Made by a program: the position numbers and the translations under genes. DNA of 32,000 nt from Leptolyngbya boryana PCC 6306 (GTDB taxonomy: Bacteria; Cyanobacteriota; Cyanobacteriia; Leptolyngbyales; Leptolyngbyaceae). The notes under the pieces are model-generated. The model was not told the origin of the DNA, did no database searches, and saw nothing but the letters and a program-made list of their open reading frames with translations. Below, one piece after another: positions 8,131 to 16,174 of the stretch; the first letter of the stretch is position 1; the number at the start of each line of letters is the position of its first letter. The stretch lies in contig NZ_KB731324.1 of assembly GCF_000353285.1 (NCBI RefSeq), positions 6,009,018 through 6,041,017 on the forward strand. Direction: 5' to 3'.

Positions 8131-10302
8131 GTGGGACGGGAGGATGAGCTTGTTCGATTGCAGGAGATTTTGCGATCGTCTTCGTCTGCGGCGATCGCGG
8201 TTGTGAGCGGAATGGGCGGATTGGGCAAGACGCAATTGGCGGCGAAGTATGCGACGGAGAACAAGGCGAAGTATCCGGGGGGAATCTATTGGCTGAATGG
8301 TCGCGCCAGTAATTTAGCGGTTCAGATCATTTACAAGGCAGAATTCGATCTGCATTTACCTGGATTGGATGCGGCGAAAGAGCGATTGCAGGAGTCGGCA
8401 GCGATCGCGAAGTGGTGTTGGGATCATTGGTTGCCGAAAGAGCCGACGCTGATTGTGGTAGATGATGTGGCGGACTGGGCAGAGGTACGATCGCTGATGC
8501 CTGTGGAGAGCCGCTTTCGGGTGCTGGTGACGACGAGACAGCGCGATCTTTTACCGCAGCAGCATACGATCGCGTTGAAGCGGCTGGAACCGGAGCAGTC
8601 GCGATCGCTGTTGGCGGCATTGGAGGAGGTGGGACGGGTTGAGGACGATCGAGCATTTGCTGATCGGATTTGTGCGGGATTGGGCAATTTGCCGCTTGCG
8701 ATCGAGCTGGTTGGATCTTATTTGCGGCACGATCGACATTTGACGCTCTCGGAGATTTGGGAGCGGTTGAGGTCGAATGGGGTGCGGGACGAGGTGCTTG
8801 AGCGATCGCCGCAGTATGAGATGGCGGCGGAGTTGGGGGTGAGAGCGGCGTTTGATTTGACTTGGGAGACGATCGAGCCGGAAGGGAAACGGGTGGCGCG
8901 GTTGTTGAGTTATTTCGGGTTGGATTGGGTGCCGTGGGAGTTGGCGGAACGGGTGATGCAACGGGTGGAGGGGGAGGAGTATCGATTTGGGAAATGGAAG
9001 GCGCGGCTAGAGAATGCGTCGCTGGTGGAATTTGAGCCGGAGCGCATTGGGGATTGTCGGTTGCATCCATTGATTCAGAGTTTCTTGCGTGATCAGCCGG
9101 AGGAGGAGGAGATTCGATCGGCGTTTGTGAAAGAGATGATCGCGATCGCGAAAACAATGCCGGATAACCCGACGACGAAACAGGTGAATCAGTTTAAGGG
9201 TCTAGAATTGCACGTTCAAGAAATTTCAAAGCGACACATAGCAGAGTTAGAAGAGGATGATCTGCTATGGGCATTCGTCGGACTCGCACGATTCTATGAA
9301 GGACAGGCACTCTTTAGAGATGCAGAATCACAATACGCAGACTGTTTAGCTGTCACCCAACGCCTGTTTGAGGGCGACCTTGGGATGGTCGCCCTCAGCC
9401 TCAACAATCTCGCAGCACTCTACGACTCACAAGGACGATTGAGTGAGGCGGAACCCCTCTATCTCCAAGCTCTCCAAATGACACAACGACTCTTTGAGGG
9501 CGACCATCCCAATATCGCACTCAGCCTCAACAATCTCGCTTACCTCTACAAAGCACAAGGACGATTGAGTGAGGCGGAACCCCTCTATCTCCAAGCTCTC
9601 CAAATGACACAACGACTCTTTGAGGGCGACCATCCCGATGTGGCAAGGAGCCTCAACAATCTCGCATTGCTCTACCAAACACAAGGACGATTGAGTGAGG
9701 CGGAACCCCTCTATCTCCAAGCTCTCCAAATGACACAACGACTCTTTGAGGGCGACCATCCCGATGTGGCAAGGAGCCTCAACAATCTCGCATTGCTCTA
9801 CCAAACACAAGGACGATTGAGTGAGGCGGAACCCCTCTATCTCCAAGCTCTCGATATGCGAAAACGCCTCTTTGAGGGCGACCATCCCGATGTGGCAAGG
9901 AGCCTCAACAATCTCGCATTGCTCTACAAAGCACAAGGACAATTGAGTGAGGCGGAACCCCTCTATCTCCAAGCTCTCGATATGCGAAAACGCCTCTTTG
10001 AGGGCGACCATCCCGATGTGGCAAAGAGCCTCAACAATCTCGCAGGACTCTACAAAGCACAAGGAAAGCTAGAGCAAGCTGAAATCTACTACCAGCAAGC
10101 CCTCCAACTCTGCGAGAAATTCTTAGGAGCCAATCACCCCGACACCCAAATCGTCCGCAACAATCTCGCCTACCTTCGCCAGCAACAGCAATCCATCCCC
10201 CCGACAACTTCCTCACGCTCTGCCTTCCGTCGCCTCTTGCGTCCCCTGCGCCGATTCATTCGCTTTCTGCTGGGTTGCTTTGGGATTCGATCGACTCGGT
10301 AG
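8131..10302 (+). CDS. STAND NTPase: NB-ARC domain + 7 TPR (42-aa, kinesin-light-chain-type) repeats, NLR-like
   Basis: Motifs seen: FVGREDEL pre-P-loop motif, Walker A GMGGLGKTQLA (from 8209), Walker B LIVVDDV, RVLVTTRQRDL, and GLPL-type GLGNLPLAIELVG. Seven TPRs follow with the consensus RLSEAEPLYLQALxMxxRLFEGDHPDVAxSLNNLAxLYxxQG. The track start is a GTG, and the frame stays open upstream back to the TGA at 8053. Confidence 0.85.
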   Translation: MGREDELVRLQEILRSSSSAAIAVVSGMGGLGKTQLAAKYATENKAKYPGGIYWLNGRASNLAVQIIYKAEFDLHLPGLDAAKERLQESAAIAKWCWDHWLPKEPTLIVVDDVADWAEVRSLMPVESRFRVLVTTRQRDLLPQQHTIALKRLEPEQSRSLLAALEEVGRVEDDRAFADRICAGLGNLPLAIELVGSYLRHDRHLTLSEIWERLRSNGVRDEVLERSPQYEMAAELGVRAAFDLTWETIEPEGKRVARLLSYFGLDWVPWELAERVMQRVEGEEYRFGKWKARLENASLVEFEPERIGDCRLHPLIQSFLRDQPEEEEIRSAFVKEMIAIAKTMPDNPTTKQVNQFKGLELHVQEISKRHIAELEEDDLLWAFVGLARFYEGQALFRDAESQYADCLAVTQRLFEGDLGMVALSLNNLAALYDSQGRLSEAEPLYLQALQMTQRLFEGDHPNIALSLNNLAYLYKAQGRLSEAEPLYLQALQMTQRLFEGDHPDVARSLNNLALLYQTQGRLSEAEPLYLQALQMTQRLFEGDHPDVARSLNNLALLYQTQGRLSEAEPLYLQALDMRKRLFEGDHPDVARSLNNLALLYKAQGQLSEAEPLYLQALDMRKRLFEGDHPDVAKSLNNLAGLYKAQGKLEQAEIYYQQALQLCEKFLGANHPDTQIVRNNLAYLRQQQQSIPPTTSSRSAFRRLLRPLRRFIRFLLGCFGIRSTR
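9436..10065 (+). repeat. five near-identical 126-bp tandem cassettes (TPR units) inside the NB-ARC/TPR gene
   Basis: Units begin at 9436, 9562, 9688, 9814 and 9940. Units 9562-9687 and 9688-9813 read as identical. The others differ only in three short codon blocks. Confidence 0.9.
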
Positions 10303-10303
10303 A

Positions 10304-10362
10304 GGGAGTGGGGAGTGGGGGAGTGGGGAGATGGGGAGATGGGGGAACGGATTAGGTGGGGG
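10304..10362 (+). repeat. G-tract heptamer repeat (GGGGAGT/GGGGAGA, STRR-like), potential G-quadruplex
   Basis: There are seven G3-5 tracts at 10304, 10310, 10317, 10325, 10333, 10341 and 10358, separated by 3-4 nt (the last by 12 nt). The repeat starts 2 nt after the TAG of the NB-ARC/TPR gene. Confidence 0.85.
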
Positions 10363-10476
10363 AATGGGTTTGGAGATTTTGGAGGGGTTTGATTGCAAAT
10401 CGGCTTCCCTACAGATTCAACGGATAAAATAGGAACACACAATTGAGACACAACCCAGGTGTGAGGACTCTGAACG

Positions 10477-10635
10477 ATGGAATGGACAGCCGAAGCAGAA
10501 GCAAAACTCAAAGAAATCCCCTTCTTCGTGCGACCCGCAGCCCGCAAGAAAATCGAAAAACTTGCTCAAGAAATGGGAGCAACTCAAATTACCGTCGAAA
10601 TCTACGATCGAGCTAAACAACAGTTCGGCAACTAA
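10477..10635 (+). CDS. small PCP_red-family protein (stand-alone homologue of the ChlB/BchB C-terminal domain)
   Basis: My hand translation gives 52 aa: MEWTAEAEAKLKEIPFFVRPAARKKIEKLAQEMGATQITVEIYDRAKQQFGN*. The W(T/S)xEAExxLxxIPFFVRxxARxxIExxA pattern is characteristic of the family. The ORF is below the 60-aa track cutoff. Confidence 0.65.
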   Translation: MEWTAEAEAKLKEIPFFVRPAARKKIEKLAQEMGATQITVEIYDRAKQQFGN

Positions 10636-10724
10636 GCTCGATCGTCGAACTACACCGAAGTATAAAGTGATTCTTAGACTCTGCGGGGTATACTCACTCA
10701 GCAATCTAATCACAAAGCACATCC

Positions 10725-11621
10725 ATGCCCACAAGAATAGCTGTACTCTCCAAATTGAGCGGACTAATTGCATTCAGTTTCGGTTTACTAGCCTGTGGGC
10801 AACCCAACACTGCAAGTTTATCTAGCACTCCTATCCAGCCCGCTTCCGCATCTCCTCAAAAGCCATCCTCGCAACCCCAACAAGCCGAGGCATCCTCAAG
10901 CCAAGCAAACCCCTCGCCGACTCAACCCAGTGCAGAGGCGATTTATACAGAGTTTGAACGGCTCACCCAAAAAGCCTGTAAACAGCAGGAGAAAGTGGTC
11001 GGGAATATGCGCTACACCCTTTGCAGCATGACTGACACCCAGGGAGTCACCCGCATTGTTTCTGCCTCTTCATCTCTAAAGAACGAAGGCGATGGCGCGG
11101 GGTATTGGCTAAATGAGCAGGGCGATATTTACGCAATTCGGTACTTCCATTCTGACGAAATCGTCGTTCTGCTCCCAGAAGACAAAAAGACGATCGTTGA
11201 ACTTGTCGGAAACCGACAAATCAATGTCATCACCGATGAAGCTCGCTGGAATCAGTTAGAACTCGGTGCGAGAGATCAGTTAATGACAATTTCTGAACAG
11301 TTTGATCCAGACGCAAGTCAACCATCAGGCACTTCAAAGCCACAATCTATGGAGCAAACCGCCCTTCAGCACCTCAATACTCCTGGATCTGTCAAAGCAA
11401 CGATCGAGAAAACCGCGATCGTCGAAAACACTGCTCTCATTCAATGGCAACAAGGCGAAGCAGGCGGCATGATGCTGTTGAGAAAAGAGAACGAAACTTG
11501 GAAAGTTCTCACATCGGGCGGCGGTGCAATGAGTCTAAGAGACTTATCAGAGTACGATGTCCCTCGCGCCACAGCAGAATCCCTGCTGACTCAAATCGAT
11601 CCAAACTGGCGAAAATACTAA
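10725..11621 (+). CDS. lipoprotein, hypothetical
   Basis: 298 aa. The signal peptide has a lipobox (AFSFGLLACGQ), followed by a Ser/Pro/Gln-rich linker and a globular C-terminal part. Confidence 0.7.
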   Translation: MPTRIAVLSKLSGLIAFSFGLLACGQPNTASLSSTPIQPASASPQKPSSQPQQAEASSSQANPSPTQPSAEAIYTEFERLTQKACKQQEKVVGNMRYTLCSMTDTQGVTRIVSASSSLKNEGDGAGYWLNEQGDIYAIRYFHSDEIVVLLPEDKKTIVELVGNRQINVITDEARWNQLELGARDQLMTISEQFDPDASQPSGTSKPQSMEQTALQHLNTPGSVKATIEKTAIVENTALIQWQQGEAGGMMLLRKENETWKVLTSGGGAMSLRDLSEYDVPRATAESLLTQIDPNWRKY

Positions 11622-11665
11622 AGAATAGGGGGTAGAAAATAGGAAGAGCGACTAAGGAAACACTT

Positions 11666-11690
11666 CCCTACTCCCCACTCCCCACTTCAC
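11666..11690 (+). repeat. C-tract copy (inverted orientation) of the GGGGAGT heptamer repeat
   Basis: The sequence ccctactccccactccccacttcac has reverse complement gtgaagtggggagtggggagtaggg, which matches gtggggagtggggg at 10309-10322. Confidence 0.75.
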
Positions 11691-11824
11691 CTATCAGGCT
11701 CGAAACAAAGTCGAACCAAACACTTCGGCTATTTCTATCGCCAAAGGACGGTACTCCGATCTCTCCAGATTCCATCCCTTCTCTACAATAGCGATAGCAC
11801 GATCGACATAGAAGGGGGAACACG

Positions 11825-14449
11825 ATGCAGCCGACCAACTCAGAAAAATTTACCGAAAAAGTCTGGGAAGCAATCATCCGAACTCAAGAGATTGTAAAAC
11901 AGGCGCAACAACAGCAGATCGAGACGGAGCATCTGATGAAAGCTCTGCTCGAACAAGATGGCTTAGCAATCAGCATCTTCAACAAACTCGCTGTCCCCGT
12001 CGATCGAGTGCGCGATCGTACCGATGATTTTATTCGTCGTCAGCCCAAAGTTTCTGGAAGTGGAACCTCGGTATACTGGGGACGCAGCGCCGATGCCTTG
12101 CTCGATCGGGCTGAAGAATATCGCAAGCAATTCGAGGACAGCTTTATCTCGATCGAACATCTTTTGCTAGGTTACGCCCAAGATAGTCGGTTCGGAAAAG
12201 CATTGCTGTCAGAATTTAGAATCGATGAAGCAAAATTAAGAAACGCGATCGAACAAGTTCGGGGAAATCAAAAAGTGACCGACCAGACTCCTGAAAACAA
12301 ATACGAATCCCTAGAAAAATACGGGCGTGATTTGACCCAGTATGCTCGCGAAGGGAAACTCGATCCGGTCATTGGACGAGACGACGAAATCCGACGCACG
12401 ATCCAGATCTTGTCCCGTCGCACCAAAAACAATCCGGTTTTGATCGGTGAACCCGGTGTTGGTAAAACCGCGATCGCTGAAGGTCTTGCTCAGCGAATTC
12501 TCAGTGGAGATGTCCCGCAATCCCTAAAAGACCGCAAACTGATCGCCCTAGATATGGGCGCACTGATTGCAGGTGCAAAATACCGAGGCGAATTTGAGGA
12601 ACGCTTGAAAGCCGTTCTCAAAGAAGTCACCGATTCTCGTGGCAACATCATTCTGTTTATCGACGAAATTCATACCGTGGTTGGTGCAGGTGCAACTCAA
12701 GGCGCGATGGATGCCGGAAACCTGCTGAAGCCGATGCTGGCACGAGGCGAGTTGCGCTGTATCGGTGCAACGACCTTAGACGAATATCGCAAATACATCG
12801 AGAAAGATGCAGCCTTAGAGCGGCGCTTCCAGCAAGTCTTCGTCGATCAGCCGAGTGTTGAAGACACGATCTCGATTCTGCGCGGACTAAAAGAGCGGTA
12901 CGAAGTTCACCACGGGGTGAAAATCTCCGACTCTGCGTTAGTTGCTGCTGCAACCCTTTCGACTCGATATATCAGCGATCGCTTCCTTCCCGACAAAGCG
13001 ATCGACCTCGTAGACGAAGCGGCTGCCAAACTCAAAATGGAGATTACGTCGAAGCCAGAAGAACTCGATGAAGTCGATCGTAAAGTTCTCCAGCTTGAGA
13101 TGGAACGACTTTCGTTGCAGAAAGAGAACGATGCAGGATCTCGCGATCGCTTAGAACGATTAGAGCGTGAACTTGCCGATTTCAAAGAAGATCAGTCCAA
13201 GTTAAATGCTCAATGGCAAGCCGAGAAAAGCGTCATCACAGATCTTCAGAAGCTCAAAGAAGAAATCGATCGAGTCAACCTTGAAATCCAGCAAGCCGAA
13301 CGCGATTACGATCTCAACCGCGCGGCTGAACTGAAGTACGGCAAGCTCAACGAACTCAATCGTAAAGTTGAAGAAACGGAATCCCAACTGTCTCAAACTC
13401 AGAAATCGGGAGCGACGCTGCTCCGTGAAGAAGTTCTTGAATCAGACATTGCTGAAATCATTTCCAAATGGACGGGTATCCCCGTTAGTAAACTCGTTGA
13501 ATCTGAAATGCAAAAGCTCTTGCAGCTTGACGATGTTTTACATCAGCGCGTGATTGGACAAGACGAAGCGGTGACGGCAGTTTCCGATGCAATTCAGCGA
13601 TCGAGAGCCGGACTTTCTGATCCAAATCGTCCAACGGCTAGCTTCATTTTCTTAGGACCAACAGGAGTTGGTAAAACTGAGCTTGCAAAAGCACTCGCTG
13701 CTTTCTTATTCGACACCGAAGAAGCAATGGTTCGGATCGACATGTCCGAATACATGGAGAAGCATTCTGTTTCTCGCTTAATTGGTGCGCCTCCTGGATA
13801 TGTCGGCTATGAAGAAGGCGGACAACTCACGGAAGCGGTTCGTCGTCGTCCTTACTCGGTGATTCTGTTTGATGAAATCGAGAAAGCCCATCCCGATGTC
13901 TTCAATGTGATGCTGCAAATTCTCGATGATGGTCGCGTGACAGACTCCCAAGGTCGCACCGTAGACTTCAAGAACACAATTATCATCATGACCTCGAACA
14001 TCGGTTCGCAGTACATCTTTGAATACGGTGGTGATGACGATCGCTATGAGGAAATGCGATCGAGAGTGATGGAAGCAATGCGATCGAACTTCCGTCCTGA
14101 GTTCTTGAACCGGATTGATGAGATCATCATCTTCCACAGTCTGCAAAAGGCTCAACTCCGCGAGATCGTCAAGATTCAAACGCATCGCTTAGAAAGTCGC
14201 TTAGCAGAGCGGAAGATGTCCCTGAAGCTCTCCGATGCAGCACTCGATTTCTTAGCAGAAGTAGGCTTTGATCCAGTTTACGGAGCACGTCCACTGAAGC
14301 GGGCAATTCAGCGGGAGTTGGAAACAACGATCGCCAAAGAAATTCTACGCAGCAACTTCACTGAAGGCGATACTATCTTCGTCGATGTCGGTGAAACGGA
14401 GCGCTTAGAATTCAAACGCTTGCCTTCTGAAGTGTTGACCACGCAATAG
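11825..14449 (+). CDS. clpB: ATP-dependent chaperone ClpB (Hsp100 disaggregase)
   Basis: 874 aa. It has a Clp N-domain and two AAA+ modules ([34 protein letters not shown]). A long coiled-coil M-domain lies between them, and the protein has the ClpB C-terminal signature. Confidence 0.95.
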   Translation: MQPTNSEKFTEKVWEAIIRTQEIVKQAQQQQIETEHLMKALLEQDGLAISIFNKLAVPVDRVRDRTDDFIRRQPKVSGSGTSVYWGRSADALLDRAEEYRKQFEDSFISIEHLLLGYAQDSRFGKALLSEFRIDEAKLRNAIEQVRGNQKVTDQTPENKYESLEKYGRDLTQYAREGKLDPVIGRDDEIRRTIQILSRRTKNNPVLIGEPGVGKTAIAEGLAQRILSGDVPQSLKDRKLIALDMGALIAGAKYRGEFEERLKAVLKEVTDSRGNIILFIDEIHTVVGAGATQGAMDAGNLLKPMLARGELRCIGATTLDEYRKYIEKDAALERRFQQVFVDQPSVEDTISILRGLKERYEVHHGVKISDSALVAAATLSTRYISDRFLPDKAIDLVDEAAAKLKMEITSKPEELDEVDRKVLQLEMERLSLQKENDAGSRDRLERLERELADFKEDQSKLNAQWQAEKSVITDLQKLKEEIDRVNLEIQQAERDYDLNRAAELKYGKLNELNRKVEETESQLSQTQKSGATLLREEVLESDIAEIISKWTGIPVSKLVESEMQKLLQLDDVLHQRVIGQDEAVTAVSDAIQRSRAGLSDPNRPTASFIFLGPTGVGKTELAKALAAFLFDTEEAMVRIDMSEYMEKHSVSRLIGAPPGYVGYEEGGQLTEAVRRRPYSVILFDEIEKAHPDVFNVMLQILDDGRVTDSQGRTVDFKNTIIIMTSNIGSQYIFEYGGDDDRYEEMRSRVMEAMRSNFRPEFLNRIDEIIIFHSLQKAQLREIVKIQTHRLESRLAERKMSLKLSDAALDFLAEVGFDPVYGARPLKRAIQRELETTIAKEILRSNFTEGDTIFVDVGETERLEFKRLPSEVLTTQ

Positions 14450-14450
14450 G

Positions 14451-14490
14451 CAATGAAGGGGTGAGACTTCTCTCACCCCTTCATTGCTTT
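14451..14490 (+). terminator. intrinsic-terminator-like hairpin after clpB
   Basis: A perfect 16-bp stem (caatgaaggggtgaga 14451-14466 pairing with tctcaccccttcattg 14471-14486) with a 4-nt loop cttc, followed by cttt. It starts 2 nt after the clpB TAG. Confidence 0.75.
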
Positions 14491-14540
14491 AGAAGCAAAT
14501 GAAATTCAAATTGAGGCATCGTTGACCGAAAAAAGCCATC

Positions 14541-14783
14541 ATGCAAGCAGCCGTCCGAATCAGAGCCAAAGTGCTACCTGGAAACAGAATTGAGATTGAA
14601 GTTCCTGACGGTTCTGTTGGAGCAGAGGTTGAAGTCATGGTTGTCTTTCCTGAAACGATTCCAATTGGATTTGATCAGCGCGATCGTAGCTATCACCTCT
14701 TTTTGATCTTCAGACGTGAGAGACGAACTCACGAGATTTGTGGCTTTTATTCTAAGTGTTTTGGTAAAAACCAATGCTTCTAG
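14541..14783 (+). CDS. small hypothetical ORF with an antitoxin-like N-terminus, possibly degenerate
   Basis: The N-terminal part MQAAVRIRAKVLPGNRIEIEVPDGSVGAEVEVMVVFPE resembles the short swapped-hairpin / DUF104-like antitoxin-type proteins common in cyanobacteria. The C-terminal half is Cys/Phe/Arg-rich and unconvincing. There is no partner toxin ORF nearby. Confidence 0.25.
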   Translation: MQAAVRIRAKVLPGNRIEIEVPDGSVGAEVEVMVVFPETIPIGFDQRDRSYHLFLIFRRERRTHEICGFYSKCFGKNQCF

Positions 14784-14820
14784 AATGCCCGTCTGCCCAA
14801 ATCAAACCCTGAAGAATCAA

Positions 14821-15684
14821 CTAGAGAATCGGCGATCGCTGTTCCAAATCGAACTTATACCCGTGTGGCAAAATATGCAACTTTGCACCACACAGCGCTA
14901 AAGCTTCGTCATGCAACAGTTCAGCCATATTGTTGTGCGTGACCGTTGATTCATCCACGATCGTTACTGCACCTTCACCAATGACTTCTAAGATTTTGCC
15001 ATTGATTGAGATCGCAGTATTCTCATCAATCCCAAAGCCTAAGCTAGCAGGCTGCTGTGCTAAAGCAGAAAGTAATCGTCCCAGTCGTCCGCGTTGTGCG
15101 AAATGCTGATCAATAATCACATTCGGCAAAAAGCCCATGCCCCGATCCATGCGAGCGACCTCGCGTCGAGGATTCGTTTCGCCTTCACCCTCGACAATCA
15201 TCATATCGGGCATCATCGCTGCACCTGCACTCGTTCCAGCAATTACAATGCCTTCAGAAAAGCGCCTGTGCAAAACAGCTTCTAGCTCTGTATCTTTCAA
15301 GCATTCTGTAATTCGAGCTTGGTTTCCCCCCGTGAAGAACACCCCGGTCGATTGAGAGATAGCTTCGATCGCTCTTGGATCACTCGCATCCTCACGCTTG
15401 CCCGTATCGACAACCTGAACGTCTTTTGCGCCTAATCGCTCAAAAATGTCAATGTACTGCGCGCCAACTTCACCTGGTAAGCCCGTCGCAACCGTCATCA
15501 CAACAATATGCGCATCAAGTCCACCTGATCGCCGCACAAATTCCCGCAGAATCTTACACTCTCCCTCTTTATCCTCGGCTCCACCAATAATGACAAGTTC
15601 ACCATGCGTCTCAGGTAAAGCGACATTCTCTTGAGGGTCATCCTGAGCAGGCGTTTCAATCTGACTTACCATAACCATCTCCAA
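14821..15684 (-). CDS. cphB: cyanophycinase (peptidase S51)
   Basis: 287 aa. Motifs seen: LVIIGGAEDKEG, FFTGGNQ, the catalytic-serine motif IAGTSAGAAMM, and IIDQHFAQRGRLGRL. Confidence 0.9.
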   Translation of the reverse strand: MEMVMVSQIETPAQDDPQENVALPETHGELVIIGGAEDKEGECKILREFVRRSGGLDAHIVVMTVATGLPGEVGAQYIDIFERLGAKDVQVVDTGKREDASDPRAIEAISQSTGVFFTGGNQARITECLKDTELEAVLHRRFSEGIVIAGTSAGAAMMPDMMIVEGEGETNPRREVARMDRGMGFLPNVIIDQHFAQRGRLGRLLSALAQQPASLGFGIDENTAISINGKILEVIGEGAVTIVDESTVTHNNMAELLHDEALALCGAKLHILPHGYKFDLEQRSPIL

Positions 15685-15760
15685 TATAAGAGTTTGATGT
15701 TACTGAACCATATTTGGTTATCACTCCATCACAACCGAACGGTAGATTTCGATACAAAAA

Positions 15761-16030
15761 TTAGAGCGCCCGCGAATCTTTCGATCGTCGTCGATAGCTT
15801 TCAAGTAGCAACATCCAACCCAGACGAAACTGATTAAAGCTCTTGACTTCAGGCTGAATTAAATCAGTCAAAAACGCCTTTGCTCTTTCTAAAGGAAGAT
15901 GGCGAGGTTTGCCTTTGTAAACAATCTGGTACTCGTTGTCATATTCACCATCGCCATAGCCGGAAATTAAGTGCAGGTGAAATGCTTCTTCCGCTAAGGT
16001 ATGAACTTCTTCACGTAAATTAGTATCCAT
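15761..16030 (-). CDS. hypothetical 89-aa protein between cphB and cphA2
   Basis: Its composition is protein-like (MDTNLREEVHTLAEEAFHLHLISGYGDGEYDNEYQIVYKGKPRHLPLERAKAF...). It is on the same strand as cphB and 76 nt upstream of it. I recognise no family. Confidence 0.45.
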   Translation of the reverse strand: MDTNLREEVHTLAEEAFHLHLISGYGDGEYDNEYQIVYKGKPRHLPLERAKAFLTDLIQPEVKSFNQFRLGWMLLLESYRRRSKDSRAL

Positions 16031-16174
16031 AATGTCAGTCTTTACTTGATTTAGTCTGAGTTGTAATACAGGTCAGAATCTTTTGACACCTAGCTTGAGT
16101 TTTACTCTTTGGGATAGACGCAGCTTACGCTTCGATTTCTGTAGAGTCTCAAGGTACAAATATCTTGTGAAATT

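Noticed and set aside
8327-9157. 276-aa Pro-rich - strand ORF (and 8424..8687, 8551..8961) overlapping the NB-ARC region
   Set aside because: These are antisense shadows of a GC-rich coding region with clear NB-ARC motifs on the + strand. Their composition is low-complexity Pro/Ser/Ala/Arg.
9427-10062. 211-aa - strand ORF with its own internal repeats
   Set aside because: Its repeat structure is only the reverse complement of the 126-bp TPR cassettes. The + strand translation gives canonical TPR consensus.
9436-10065. Regularly spaced identical DNA repeats that might be a CRISPR array
   Set aside because: The units are directly abutting with no unique spacers. They are 126 bp long and in frame, and they encode TPR motifs within a long ORF.
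10170-10773. - strand ORFs 10170..10547, 10213..10398 and 10417..10773
   Set aside because: They run through the G-tract repeat and antisense to the well-matching PCP_red-like small ORF. The Pro/Ser-rich translation derives from the C-tract complement.
16141-16157. NtcA-like GTA...TAC element upstream of cphA2
   Set aside because: The spacing is GTA-N11-TAC, whereas the NtcA consensus is GTA-N8-TAC. There is no properly placed -10 box that I can justify.
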